NCBI GenBank assembly: GCA_918797485.1
Contig: CAKKNE010000006.1
Location: 248,001 to 312,000, forward strand
Length of the DNA: 64,000 nt
Reading direction: 5' to 3'
Origin: Pelagomonas calceolata
Lineage: Eukaryota
Shown piece by piece: positions 8,891 through 20,018 of the stretch. The notes under the pieces were generated by a model. It had not been told where the DNA came from. It worked only from the letters and a program-made list of their open reading frames with translations, and made no database searches. Position 1 is the first letter of the stretch, and every line of letters starts with the position of its first letter. The translations under genes and the position numbers were made by a program.

Positions 8891-11800
8891 TCACGAGACA
8901 AGCTCCGCCTCAAGCGCCCTCGACGCCATCGCCTTCTCCCGCACGAGCTCCGGCGCCGTCGCCGTTTTGAGCGCGTCGACCGCGACGCCCAGCGCCCCGC
9001 GCGCGGCACTCCGCACCGAAGAAAGCGAAAAGGGCGCCGGCCCGCGCCTTTCTTCAAACGCCGTCGCGTTCTGCGAATCGGCCAGCAAAAGCCTTAAACG
9101 TTCGAGCCAGGCGCTCGCCGTCGCCGTCTCGAGGACTTCTGAAGAAGGCAGCGGCTTTAGTAATTTCTCCGTCAGCGTCGACAAGACGGCCGAGTTATCC
9201 CCCTCGAGCCACGCGAGCGTGTCGTACCAGCGCAAACAAGTCACGTGTAAAACGTGGTCCATGGACCGCGTCCTTCTCTGTAGAGCGCCCTCGAGCCACA
9301 GGTCATAATCCGAGGCGAGCCCCCACTTGTATTCATTATCATCGAACGCGGCGGCGCGCTTCAGTAATGATAACGGGGGCAGGGCCAGGCCCGGGTCCCG
9401 CCAGGCGTCGCCTAGCAACTCCAAGGCTCTTTGACGCGTCTCCTTGGCTACGGGCTTCGAGAGCTCGTCATAATTTGTTCTGTCGTAGTCGAGACCCCGC
9501 ATATATAAGACGAGCAGCTCGCCGCAGTCGCGCCACCAGGCATTTAACGCTCGCGACGCGGCCGCGCGCTCGTACTCCCGCCGCCTCACGAAGACGTCCT
9601 CGTATCGCGAGGCCATCGCATCATCCCCCAGCCGCTCCAGAAATCTCTTCGTGACTCTCCTTTGTTGCGAACACCATTCGGTAGCATCCTGGCTGAGGTC
9701 GTAGGGCCTAGCGCGTGGATCGTTCGACGCTAGTTGGTCGCCGTCGTCCGATCTGGCGAGCGTCGGGTTGCCGTCCGCTTCTTGAGCGATGGCCCGGAGC
9801 TCGTCCTCCGAAACGACAGAGTAGCCATACTTGATGCAGAACGCGTCGTAGATGCCCACGCCGTCCATGAAATATTTACCTTGGTCTTTCTGGTCCTCCG
9901 CGACCACGGGCGCGATGTAGTCCATCACTGAAGATGCGACCCTACCTTGCTTGCGCTTCGTCGCGTCGTGGATGTCCTCGAGCTTATGGAGTGCCGAGGC
10001 CCGGAAGTTGTGCCTCAACCCAAGCGTGTGGCCCACCTCGTGCGCGACGACGTCGACCAACCCGGCCTCGACAAACGTCTTGGAGTCGACGTCGGCGTCG
10101 CCGCGCGCGGTGAGCCCAACAGCTAAGCCCTCTAACACTTCATGTGCCGACCGGTGGCAGTGGCGGTGCGCGTCGTGGCCGTGGCCGTGGTCGTGGTCGT
10201 GATCATGGCCCTGCCCGCCGTGGGCATGTCCCACGGGCGCGTGGTCGCCGCGGTCGTGGCGCCCGGACGGGTCGTGGCCGATCGAGGCCTCGTCCAACCA
10301 GCTCCCCGTGAACGCGCGGATCCAGCCCTCGCCGAACACGATGTTCGCGTAGAGGATCTCGCCCGTCCGGGCATCCACGACGGACGGGCCGATCGCCAAT
10401 CCTAGGTCGGGGTAGGGCAGCCAAGTGATCGAGGAAAACCGCACGTCCCCGGGATCATACTCCGCCGGCCAATCAGCATCATCCGGTTCCACGACTTTGA
10501 TGGCTTCCTCGAAGCCAATCGCTTCAAAAGCTGGCTGCCAAGTCAAGACGCCGCGCTTGATGGCTTCCCTCAAAGGTTGTGGTACGGTCGGGTCGAGGTG
10601 GTACGTGATTGGTACCCTGGGTTTGCAGAGTAGTCTCCGACCGTGAGCCAATCGACGTTCGGTGCAGTCCTCATCTTTTTCTAGACGCCTCCTGTGTGGA
10701 AACCAGTGCGTCGGGTGCACCGACAATTCTTCACTAAGTCATTTCTTCGCGATGACGCGGCCGTCCTGGCTCGGTCGAGCGGCGAGGAACCGGCATCGCC
10801 ACGCCATCGAGCAGGCGTCGCGTCGATGGCGTGGAGGACGACGCGACGATTCAGCACGAACGCGCCGTAAAATCTTGATTTCCACACAGGCCGTCGCCGG
10901 TTTATCAAGTTCACTCTCCGGTCCGCATCACTATAGGAAGCATTCGGCGCGTCCGTGTGGAAATCTCTCGGGAGGGGTCCGAGCTGCTCGTACGTCGTCC
11001 CGAAGAAGCCCACCCTATCATCAGCGCGCCTCGGCGTCATCGGCTCGTCGGGCAACAACGCTAAAGAGTAGGCTATTTCTACAGCCGTCGGGTCGTTGGC
11101 GTACACATCTTCCACATCCCACAATGAACACGCGACGACGAACTGCACATTTCGGGGAAACGCCGAGACAGATCGCAATTCGAGCTCGCCGTGGCAGCGC
11201 TTCGGAATATCTACAATCGCGGCGCCTTCGTTCAGGATCCAGCTCCAGGCGTTGTATACGACTGCGCCGTCGCCGCAGTCGCCCGCCTTCGGCAGCGTCG
11301 CGACCCAGCCCACGGCACCCAGACCGTCCTCGGCGGCCGCCGCGTACGTGTCCGTCACCGGCCTTACACTTAGGGGTGGCCGCGTGACGCGCGCGTCGCC
11401 GCCGTGTGCTGATTCTCTCAATGTGAAATAGCTGTCCTCGACGCCGACGCCGTAGTGGGCAAAGCCCGCGTCGCGGCCGGTTGTCCTTCGTGTGGTAGCT
11501 ATCACCGTGAACGGCGCGGAGAGCGTTTCGTTGGGGATCGTCAGGAGCAGCGACTGGCTCGCGTAGTCGGCGTGCGCGTGCCACGTCGCGTTCGTCGCGT
11601 TTCTAGCCGCGCAGGCTTGCTTGGCCGGGTCCGGCGGTGGTGGCGGAGGGGTCAGTAAGGTAGCCAGCGTGAGCTGCAGCATTTCTAGAGTGGTCGCGAG
11701 CGACGGCTGCCGCGGCGTCGCGGCGACGGCGTAGGCGATGAGTGCGACGACGACCGCGGCGCCCGACGCGCCGCAGCACGCGCGGAGCCAGCGGCGTTTC

Positions 11801-11907
11801 CTTTGCGGTGGTGGCATGGGTCTGCTGCCGTTGCGCGACGGGCTCGACGGGCCCATCAGTTCGATGCCGTCCTCCTCCGAGTGGTGTACTGGGTTGTACT
11901 GCACCAT
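8891..11907 (-). CDS. Membrane-anchored metzincin zinc metalloprotease, DUF5117/EcxA-like (exons 11907-10898, 10691-8891; ~936 aa)
   Basis: HEVGHTLGLRHNF zinc motif and SVMDY Met-turn; MTPRRADDRVGFF and the spliced INRRRLEK...PITYHLD; N-terminal TM helix. One intron joins two track ORFs in frame. Confidence 0.87.
10692..10897 (-). mobile_element. Introner intron (GC-AG, 206 nt)
   Basis: TIRs CTGTGTGGAAA / TTTCCACACAG; internal hairpin CCACGCCATCGA-N12-TCGATGGCGTGG; degenerate 8-bp TSD GCGACGGC vs GAGGCGTC. Removal restores the frame; a GC donor at 10891 is also in phase. Confidence 0.85.
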
Positions 11908-12136
11908 GGGTTACGGCGAGGTGCGGCGGCAGTTTTTTACGGCCGTTCCTGGCTTTTTAGCACCGCTGCGGTAGCGCCGGCCCAGTGGGTTTCGGAGATG
12001 AGTTAGGCAATGAGGGTTACGGATGCTCTGAGGGCGCAGGAACCGAATGGCTGCTAATTTTAGACCACAAAGGCGATACGAGCAATCGTCAGCTGTGCTC
12101 CCGACGCGAATCGCGCTGTGCGGCCTGAAGCTGCTC

Positions 12137-12160
12137 GCTAGTGTCTTACAGTCCGCTAGC
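12137..12160 (+). promoter_or_regulatory. Paired-CTAG intergenic motif
   Basis: GCTAGTGTCTTACAGTCCGCTAGC, 230 bp upstream of the ATG at 11907 (-). Confidence 0.55.
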
Positions 12161-12290
12161 GCTCCGCGACGCCGCACGCCTCGACGACGACGACGCGCCG
12201 CCGCCACGCGCCAAAAAAGGAAAGAAAAGTCACCAGAAGCTATTTTTATACGGCCCCCGCCCGCCCCCTCGGCCCGGCCACGCGCGTCAC

Positions 12291-13126
12291 TTACATCATC
12301 GACGGCATGTGGAAGTTGCCCTCGAAGGGGATCATGTAGTTGCCGTCGTACGGCGGGATGAAGGTCAGGACCGGGACCGAGCCCGGGACCTTCGAGGCGC
12401 TCATGAAGCCGAAGATGCCGAGCATCGCCGCGCGGCCGTTGTTGATCTCGATGAGCCGCCCCCGCGCGCGCTTCTCCTCCGTGTCCATGCGCTTCCGGAG
12501 CGATCCAAAGGGGTCGAAGAGGTCGAACGGCACCGGGTGCGGGTAGCCCTCGCCCTCGGCGTACGCGTCGGAGAACGACGGGAACATGCCGGGCTTGCGG
12601 CCCATCATGTAGTGCGGCGCGACGGACTCGTCGAAGAGCTCGAGCATGCCGACCTGTGCGTAGAACGTCGCGTCGACGCCATCGCCGCGACCACAAAAAT
12701 TCGAGTTTCGACGCTGAACCAAACGAAGAGGATAATTTGCCACTTGCTCGCGGCCGGGAGCGCGTCCCACTGCTCCGGCGGGGAGCCGGACGGCCAGTCG
12801 GCGCCGCCGAGCGTCATCTTCGTCGCCCAGTGGCCGCCGTTCGCCTGGACGCAGTAGCCGACGAAGGCCGCCATGGCCACGCGGCCGTGCTTGATCTCGG
12901 CCTGCCGGTACCACGCGATCGTCTGCTCGTTGTTGAAGCCGTAGAGCGAGCCCGACGCGCCGGCGACGTTCAGGGGATCCCAGAAGCCAATCGTGGGGTT
13001 GAGGCCCTTCGCCAAAGCCTCGAGGTCCGACTTCGACTCCTGCAGCCGCGTCTCGGCGGGCGCGGCCGCCGGGCCGACGAACGCGGCCGCGGCGGGGAGG
13101 ACCGCCAATGCGACGGCGAGCTTCAT
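12291..13126 (-). CDS. Light-harvesting complex (fucoxanthin-chlorophyll a/c binding) protein; exons 13126-12725, 12653-12291; 254 aa
   Basis: MKLAVALAVLPAAAA-F bipartite plastid presequence; FWDPL, AEIKHGRVAMAAFVG, FDPFG, EINNGRAAMLG; spliced WQIILF|VGMLE. Confidence 0.95.
12654..12724 (-). other. 71-nt GT-AG intron with an introner-related core
   Basis: GTTTGG...CGATGGCGTCGACGCG...GCACAG; restores LHC helix 2. Confidence 0.88.
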
Positions 13127-13897
13127 CCTTCTCTCTGCCTGTGCGATGAACGACGGTGGCGGGCCCGCCCGCAAGCAGTTTTCTCGCGGGCGTTGTGTGT
13201 ATAGCCAAGCAGCGCCGCGGCCAGGAGGTCCGCGGCCAGCGCTATGCGTATACGCAAGCAGCGCCGCGGCCAGGACCAGAAGTCAATCCCAGCGGTACGA
13301 GTCGCGTCGCGGCAGGATTCTTGTGTGTAGAGCAGCAGCGCGCAGCCCAGCTTCCGCTAGGCGTGGTCATCCGGTCGTCCGAAGCCTTTGTAGGTCGCCC
13401 TTTTGGCCCAAGGGCTAGGCTAGCGGGCAGCAGGCAAAACAGATGGCCAAACAATGGAGCTCGAGTGCTCAGCCGCGCCGGCGAGCCGCAGCTTCAGATT
13501 CGCAGGGCTGTCGCACCGCTCAGTTCGAATGCTATTCTCGAATGTGCAGCCTTGGGAGACTCGCAGACGCGGAGCACTGACCGCTTTTACTGTCCTTGAC
13601 TCGATCCAGCCCAAAAAATGGGTTCGGGTTGCTCGCCTGCGACCGCAACAATCACGCCAAAGTTTCACCCCGGAGGCCGTTCTTCGCGATGACGGCGACT
13701 GGCAAAACGCAGGAATCGCCTGCCGGGCTCTAGAGGACACTAGACTTGCTCAGGGCAGCCCTTGGCCGGTGCAGGCGCAAAAGGCGCCGCGGCAGCCGCA
13801 GCGGCGCGCATGTACGCACGTTTGATCAAGGTGCAGTGAACTACAACGAACAGCGACGAACGGTGACGCTGCGAGGACGCGTGGGACCACACCAACT

Positions 13898-16604
13898 ATG
13901 AGCCGCCGCCCCCACCCCAGCCAGCGCTTCATGGCGCACGCCCAGGACGCGTCGCGCAATGACGTGCTGCAGACGGAGACGAGTAAGAGTTTGAGACAGG
14001 TGCTGCGGGCCGCTCGAGCGACGGGCGCCCTCGCGCTGGCAGGTAGACGGTTGCGAGAACTACCGGTGGAAAGCTACGCCCCGACGCCGGACGATTTGGA
14101 CGAGGGCGAGAAGTTCTGGGAGATCGTCGAGTTGAAATCCTTCGATTGTTCCCACAATAAGTTAGATGAACTGCCTTCGGATTGGCGCGCAATTTCGACG
14201 CTGCGACAATTACGAGTGGCAAGGAACTCTTTAAGTATGCTGCCGGAGGCCCTGCTGTCGGACCTGCCTGCCTTGGAATTGCTCGACGCGGGCGACAACC
14301 GGCTGCGGAGTTTACCTCCTGTACCCGCGGCGGGTTGTGCGCTCAAGACGTTGTTGGCACCTAGAAACGCGCTAGAAAAGCTAGAAAGGTGGAATATTTG
14401 TGAGTGTTTGACGCTCGAAACCCTGTCGCTATCTGATAATGAGCTGATTAAAGTCCTGCCGTCACTGCCGAAGCCGTTGCGAGCTTTAGATGTTGAAAAT
14501 TGTAGTTTACAACACCTCCAGCCCACCCAGTTCCTCGAGACGCTCGCGGCCGCTAGGAACAAGCTGAAGGGCGTGGACGTGGGCGGCCTGCAAAAACTGA
14601 AATATTTGGACCTGCGCCAGAACGAGTTGCAAGGCTCTTTACAACTCCCGTCCTTACCCGCGCTGGCCGAGTTATTCATAGGACACAACCAGCTGCAGCA
14701 CTTCGACTTGAAGCCGTCGCCATTAATAGCGACGATCGACGTCTCTTCCAACAGTCTACAAAAGCTCCCCGAGAGTCTGGGCCGATGTATCAATCTCAGA
14801 GCCCTCGACGCGTCGAACAACGACCTCGCGGAGTTGCCCTGTTCCCTCGGCACCTTACCGAAGCTGCAAAGGATCGCGCTGGACGGCAATCCGTTGCGAA
14901 GCGTGCGGCGCGACGTGATAGAACGCGGCTGCGAGGCCATCAAGGCGTTTTTACGGACTAGGGCAGCGACGCCGGCCGAGAAGACCAGTGACGATGACTT
15001 CGACCCCCTCGCGCTGGCGAATAGGGTGCGGGACCCCGTATGCGTGCGGCGTCTTTTTTTTACTTCGGATGCCGAGCTCTGCTGCGATGCCATCGACGCG
15101 AGTCGCATCGATGGCGTATCACCGATAAACCCCGCAGGACGCGCGCGGCGTCCTGAACCTCGCCGGCAAACATTTACGACATTGGCCGCTCGATCGGGAC
15201 GTCTGCGCGAAGGTGCGCGAATCCCTAGAACAGGACGAGGGCCTAGACGCCTACGTCGACGACGCCCAAAAAGCCTCAAGGACGGCGCGCGTCAAGAGTA
15301 TTGATATCTCAGAGAACGCCCTGTCCGAATTACCGGAGGCGTCGTGTCTGCTGGCTCTAGGTGATAGTTTGCGAGAGCTGAAGTGCGCGCGGAATCGCCT
15401 ACGCCAACCACCTTTGCTGAGTTTGGCCAATGTCCCGCTCAAGGTGTTGGACGCCTCGCGCAACGAAATTACCAATGATGACGCCGACACGCCGCTGCCG
15501 GACGCGTGTGCCCTCGCGAGGAATCTGTCCGAGCTCGACATGAGCGGCAACCGGTTGATACGCATTCCCCGATCTTTATTTGGCTTGCAGGCTTTGAGAA
15601 GTGTCACCCTGGCTCGGAATGAACTCTCGGGCGACTTAGGCCGGGGCTGGGCTTCACTATTAGCGCTCGAGACGCTGAACCTGGCCGACAACCGACTAGG
15701 AGCTCTAGGTGATGTTCATAAAGCCCCAGTCCTCCGAACGTTGGATCTGGGCAACAATTGTTTGCGGAGCGTCCCGCCCGAGTTGGGATTATGCGACTGC
15801 CTGCGCTCCTTGATCCTGCACGGCAACCCGCAGCGCGCCATCCGCGCGGAAACGCTGCCAAAGGATACGCTCAAAGTACTAGCACGGCTGCGCGACCGGT
15901 TACCCATGGATGTCGTCGAGCGACACATGAAGCGGGAGGAAGATCTACAGTCAATAGAGGACTCGCACGAGTCTTTTGACGAAAGGTATACCTCCCCGCC
16001 GCCGCCGACGGGGCCGCCGCCGAAAACGGGGTATGGGAGCACGCCACCGCCCCCAGATGGCCCGCCACCCGTCCTATCGGACTACGCGCCTCCTTCCGCG
16101 GCGGCGCGCCTATCTTCGGCCGTCGACAATAGAGCATGTCGAGCGATGGCCTGGTCGCCGGCACCGGGCCAGGGCCGCGCGATGGCCTGGAGCCCCCAGG
16201 ACGGCCAGACGATCGAGCGAAAGAAGAAGCCTCTACCAAGGGAGAAGAAACGGAAACCTTTCGAGTCCGTGCGAGCGCCGCGGCCGGTCTTATCATTACC
16301 GTCGCCGGTCCTAGGGAAAGGCGTGCTACCGCGCCAGTCGCCTCGGACAGAGGAGAAGAAGGAGCTGAAACCCAGCAATCGGCCGCCCGCGATTGGAAGG
16401 TCGTCCAAACCGTCGATCGCGCCCGAGGACACCATTACGTTGAAAGGTCTCAACGAGCGCGTGTCTTCCTTGGATGCTCGTTTAACCGAAGATGGGGCGT
16501 CGCTGTCGCAAGCGAAAGTCTACGCCCTGAAGAAGCAGCTGGCGCGCGCGAAGGCCGATAGAATTCGGTTCGAGCGGCAGCTCGCGGCGGAGCCGGACAC
16601 GTAA
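13898..16604 (+). CDS. Leucine-rich repeat protein, LRRC40-like (2 exons, ~860 aa) with a Pro-rich/coiled C-terminus
   Basis: ARATGALALAGRRLRELP, EKFWE, many LxxLxLxxNxL repeats, LDGNPLRSVRRDVI. A phase-0 intron ending at 15137 joins the two track ORFs. Confidence 0.88.
15026..15137 (+). other. Intron (donor at 15026 or 15038) with a GCCATCGA...TCGATGGC core
   Basis: Acceptor CCCGCAG at 15137 is in frame with the downstream LRR exon; T-rich tract. Confidence 0.72.
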
Positions 16605-16654
16605 CTTTACTAGTATGTAGTACGCCGCCGCCGCGAAGACTAGAGAGACCATAC

Positions 16655-17581
16655 TTAGCAGAGCTGCAGCTGGAGCCCCCGCCGCAGCGCCTGGTCGCGG
16701 AACGGCCCCGCGAAGCGATACAATAATTGGGCCTCCCCGAACTTGTGCTCCCTCCCTCTTTCAATCTCCTTGTAGATGCGCAGCCAGGCGTCCCAGTCGT
16801 CGGGGTCCGCGTCTACCGCGTCCTCCGCCAAGCCCGCCACGTCATCATCAACAAGCCCTCGTACGGGAGGCAGGACGTCATTCGGTGGATCCGCGTCGAC
16901 CACAATGATGGCCCTTATCGAAACCCAGGGCCCGAATTTTTTATGCGCACATAGACCGCCTGGTAAAATTTCGACCAATCCTGCCAATGCCGCACACGCC
17001 CGAAAATCTACGGCGTCGCCAGGTTGGTCGTCCCAGACGTCCGGTAAATCACCAACGGGTCGTTGGATGGGCTCCTTGGCGTGGGGGCACTTGGGATGGT
17101 GGCCCATGGCCGACAGATAGCCGTTGATCGACTTGCAGCCTGGTAAACAATCTTCGTGCAGCGTCTGCCGTTGACCCCTTGTAAAGTGCGTTTCCTTCAG
17201 CTTCTCAAAGTCCAGGAACTTGTAGTCGCCCTGGTGCGCGAACTCGTAATGTCGCTGCGTCCTTCTGTGTAGGTTAGCGTCGTCGACCGCCTCCAGCACG
17301 GCCTCCTCCACGAACGAGTCGAAGGCGTTTAGCCCTCGGCTGTTGTTCGGGTGGTCGGGCCAGGCGCTCCGCGGCTCGCAGCGCAGGAAGTACTGCCAAA
17401 TATGTTTTGAACTGCCGACCGCGAAAGCCAAAGCACCGTTCCGCCGCCCGAAGTCGTGCAGTTTTTTATTCGAAGTGGTGTCGTTGTAGGCCTTCGTCGA
17501 GAAGGCTGCAGACAAGTCGAAGCCCTTCTTGTACAGGGCGGCGGGCAGGAGCTTCTCGATGTCATTGTCTAGGGCTGCCAT
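16655..17581 (-). CDS. MMACHC/CblC-like cobalamin-processing protein
   Basis: GFDLSAAF, LAFAVGSSKHIW, ACAALAGL and HKKFGPWVSIRAIIVVD match the CblC HPxxGxWxxxR motif; C-terminal HKFGEAQLLYRF. Confidence 0.72.
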   Translation of the reverse strand: MAALDNDIEKLLPAALYKKGFDLSAAFSTKAYNDTTSNKKLHDFGRRNGALAFAVGSSKHIWQYFLRCEPRSAWPDHPNNSRGLNAFDSFVEEAVLEAVDDANLHRRTQRHYEFAHQGDYKFLDFEKLKETHFTRGQRQTLHEDCLPGCKSINGYLSAMGHHPKCPHAKEPIQRPVGDLPDVWDDQPGDAVDFRACAALAGLVEILPGGLCAHKKFGPWVSIRAIIVVDADPPNDVLPPVRGLVDDDVAGLAEDAVDADPDDWDAWLRIYKEIERGREHKFGEAQLLYRFAGPFRDQALRRGLQLQLC

Positions 17582-17914
17582 TGACTGCTCGCGACGGCTG
17601 CCCGGGCGCGGCTGTTGGTTTCAAGGTTGTCGATGCTAGCTCTAGGGCCCGAGGCTCGATTGATGCCGCACGATGGAAAGCCGCGCCCAGCGCCGGCGCC
17701 GCTGTGGTATTCGTATGGTATCGTATGGTATGGATCGTGCCGGGGGGGGGTCCCCCGTCGCGTCGATGGCTTCGGCGGCCCCCTCGACGCCGTCGCCGCG
17801 ACGCCATCGGCGACTCGCGCGGGACGCTGCGGTTGGCACTCCCGACGGACGGCGCTCGTCGCCGGCCGCGCCCACGAAAGCCCATAATTACTACGGAAGT
17901 TTTACACGACTAGT

Positions 17915-18244
17915 CTACTCCGCGGCCACGTCCCGCGTGAAAATCCACTGCGTGTGGTGGTAGGAGACCATCTTGATCATGCCCTTCTCCTGGAGCTCCT
18001 TGATCGCTGCCCGCGCGAGCGCGCCGTTGATCTTCAGTCGCTCGACGAGCGCCGACGGCGTGATCAGCTTCATTTTGGGCACCTCGGCCAACAACCGCGC
18101 GTAGGTGTCCTCGTCGAACAGCACCTTGTTCGCGACCTGGTCGCGGACCTTGCCCTTGGACCACTTCTTCTTCTTGGACTTGCCGCCGGCCATGGCGGCC
18201 GCCATCTTGGCCTCTTTCGACTTTTGTTGGACCTTGGGCGGCAT
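17915..18244 (-). CDS. RPS25: 40S ribosomal protein S25 (eS25)
   Basis: [35 protein letters not shown]. Confidence 0.97.
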   Translation of the reverse strand: MPPKVQQKSKEAKMAAAMAGGKSKKKKWSKGKVRDQVANKVLFDEDTYARLLAEVPKMKLITPSALVERLKINGALARAAIKELQEKGMIKMVSYHHTQWIFTRDVAAE

Positions 18245-18301
18245 CTTTGCGGTCCCTCCTCCTCAGTGCTATCTGTTCAGTGTGCCTGCGGGTGGCGGGC
18301 G

Positions 18302-18389
18302 GTGAGCGCTCTCGAGTTCGTGCGGTGCGGCGACGGCGTGTTGGGTGTGAGCGCTCTCGAGTTCGTGTGTCGACGGCGTGTTGGGTGTG
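18302..18389. repeat. Imperfect tandem duplication (~45 bp) upstream of RPS25
   Basis: gtgagcgctctcgagttcgtg...cgacggcgtgttgggtgtg occurs twice. Confidence 0.8.
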
Positions 18390-18852
18390 CCAGGCGCCCG
18401 CGGCAAGGGTGCAGAGCCAGCGTGTAGCCGTGCTCGGCGCGCTCGAGTAGAGCGGCGGCGTGGCTTCGTGTGGTGCAGCGACGCGTGCTGGCTGGGCCAG
18501 GTGGCTGCGCTCGGGGCGCAGAGCCAGCGCGTGGCCGTGCTTTGCCGCCGCGCCGTGTTTTTTAGCCGTATAAGCTGCGCTTTTGTGAGCTCGCTATATA
18601 CGTCGCCTACGGCTCCGCTGGCGGCCCTCGCTTCGCACACCCGTGTTCGCAGTGGTTCAAAGGGCTCCGGTAACACACCGAATCGGTCTATCAGTCCTCC
18701 CGCGCAGCGTAGTTTGCAATAAACTCGGCGCTCGCTGGTCTGAATTAGCAAGTTTAGGCAATCCCGAAACTAAAAGCAAACAAAGGCGTCGCAGCCGCCT
18801 GCCGGCCCAGGAGAGCGCTCCGCGACAGGTGGAGGGCTTCGTCGATTTTTGA

Positions 18853-18874
18853 GCTAGCGGTGAAAGACACTAGC
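18853..18874 (-). promoter_or_regulatory. Paired-CTAG intergenic motif
   Basis: GCTAGTGTCTTTCACCGCTAGC on the minus strand, ~205 bp before the ATG at 19079. Confidence 0.5.
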
Positions 18875-19078
18875 GCAAGCAGCAGCTCGGACAAACAACT
18901 CGCTTTTTGCGAGCGAATTTGCACGAAAAAATCAGAATTCGCATTGCTGTGGACTGCCACACGACCTATCATCGCAATTCTACAATCAATTTGCCCCCGC
19001 TGTACTGCACTGCCCACACTCAGTGCGCACCCTCATAACACCGAGCACAACTCGCGGCGCGAGCACGCCATCGCAGCG

Positions 19079-19933
19079 ATGGGCGCCAGAAAGCGCGAAA
19101 AGGCCCAGGAGAAGAAGGCCAACACCCGCAAGAAGCAGGCGGACTACGAGCGCCGCCGCGACGCGTACAACGCGAAGCGGCGGCAGGCGGGTATGAGCGT
19201 GTTACGGGGGCTCCATAGAATCTTCCTCGTGATTCTGGCGGTCGGCCTGATGATGCGCTTCGCCCGTTTTAAGTTAGAAAACAACGAGAAATTGACGCGG
19301 ACGACGTCCAATGAAACACTAGTAACAATCAGACGGGACGTCTTCGGGGTCGCCGTGCGAGCGTCGTTAGATACATGTGCTGTTGGAGGCTCTTTCACTA
19401 GTAAGGGTCTGACCGAGGCCCGGTCGAAGCTAAAATGCCTGTGGCCCCTCATGTCCAACAGAGATCCGAACGCGACGTACTTTGTTCTGAGAAGAAGAAC
19501 GTGCGAGGCGTGGCGGTTAGCTGTCTTCCGGCCCGTCGTCGGCCAGGCCTACGCGGCGCACTCCATTGATATATGGTCTGGAGATAATGTATCTGCCGCG
19601 TTACTGGACGAGAAATGGCTAAATGACAAGGGCGGACAACGGCAAGCGCGCGAGGATTTAGTCAAGAGTTTGGATGCGGCCCCCTTCAGCGAAGGCGGCT
19701 GGAAGGGCTCGGCCGAGATTCTACAAAGAGCGGCGCATTTTAGGAGGCGGGACGACGACTCGTCGTTCCTGGCTTCTCTGGCGAAAGTGTCTCCACCGGA
19801 AAATTCGCTGGTACGATTGAGGGGCGACTCATTTTATCGCGTTAGTGATGCTGTCGTACTGGAGCAGTACCGCGTGCCCGAGCGTTCGTTGCGGCGCGTC
19901 GATCACTGGAGAGAGGAGACTAATGTCTGTTGA
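19079..19933 (+). CDS. Hypothetical single-pass membrane protein
   Basis: MGARKREKAQEKK start, TM IFLVILAVGLMM, 284 aa. Confidence 0.65.
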   Translation: MGARKREKAQEKKANTRKKQADYERRRDAYNAKRRQAGMSVLRGLHRIFLVILAVGLMMRFARFKLENNEKLTRTTSNETLVTIRRDVFGVAVRASLDTCAVGGSFTSKGLTEARSKLKCLWPLMSNRDPNATYFVLRRRTCEAWRLAVFRPVVGQAYAAHSIDIWSGDNVSAALLDEKWLNDKGGQRQAREDLVKSLDAAPFSEGGWKGSAEILQRAAHFRRRDDDSSFLASLAKVSPPENSLVRLRGDSFYRVSDAVVLEQYRVPERSLRRVDHWREETNVC

Positions 19934-20018
19934 AACTTACTTGTACCCTGCGCGATGGCGTGGCGATGGTTCCACGCCATCGACGCGGCGTACATATGGG
20001 GCTAGGCGTCAATCAAAC

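Noticed and set aside
18860..19078. Extended N-termini in the ORF track (also 22971, 29607, 5364, 33837)
   Set aside because: Upstream or non-ATG starts lying in promoter-like sequence; downstream ATGs fit targeting peptides or homologues better.
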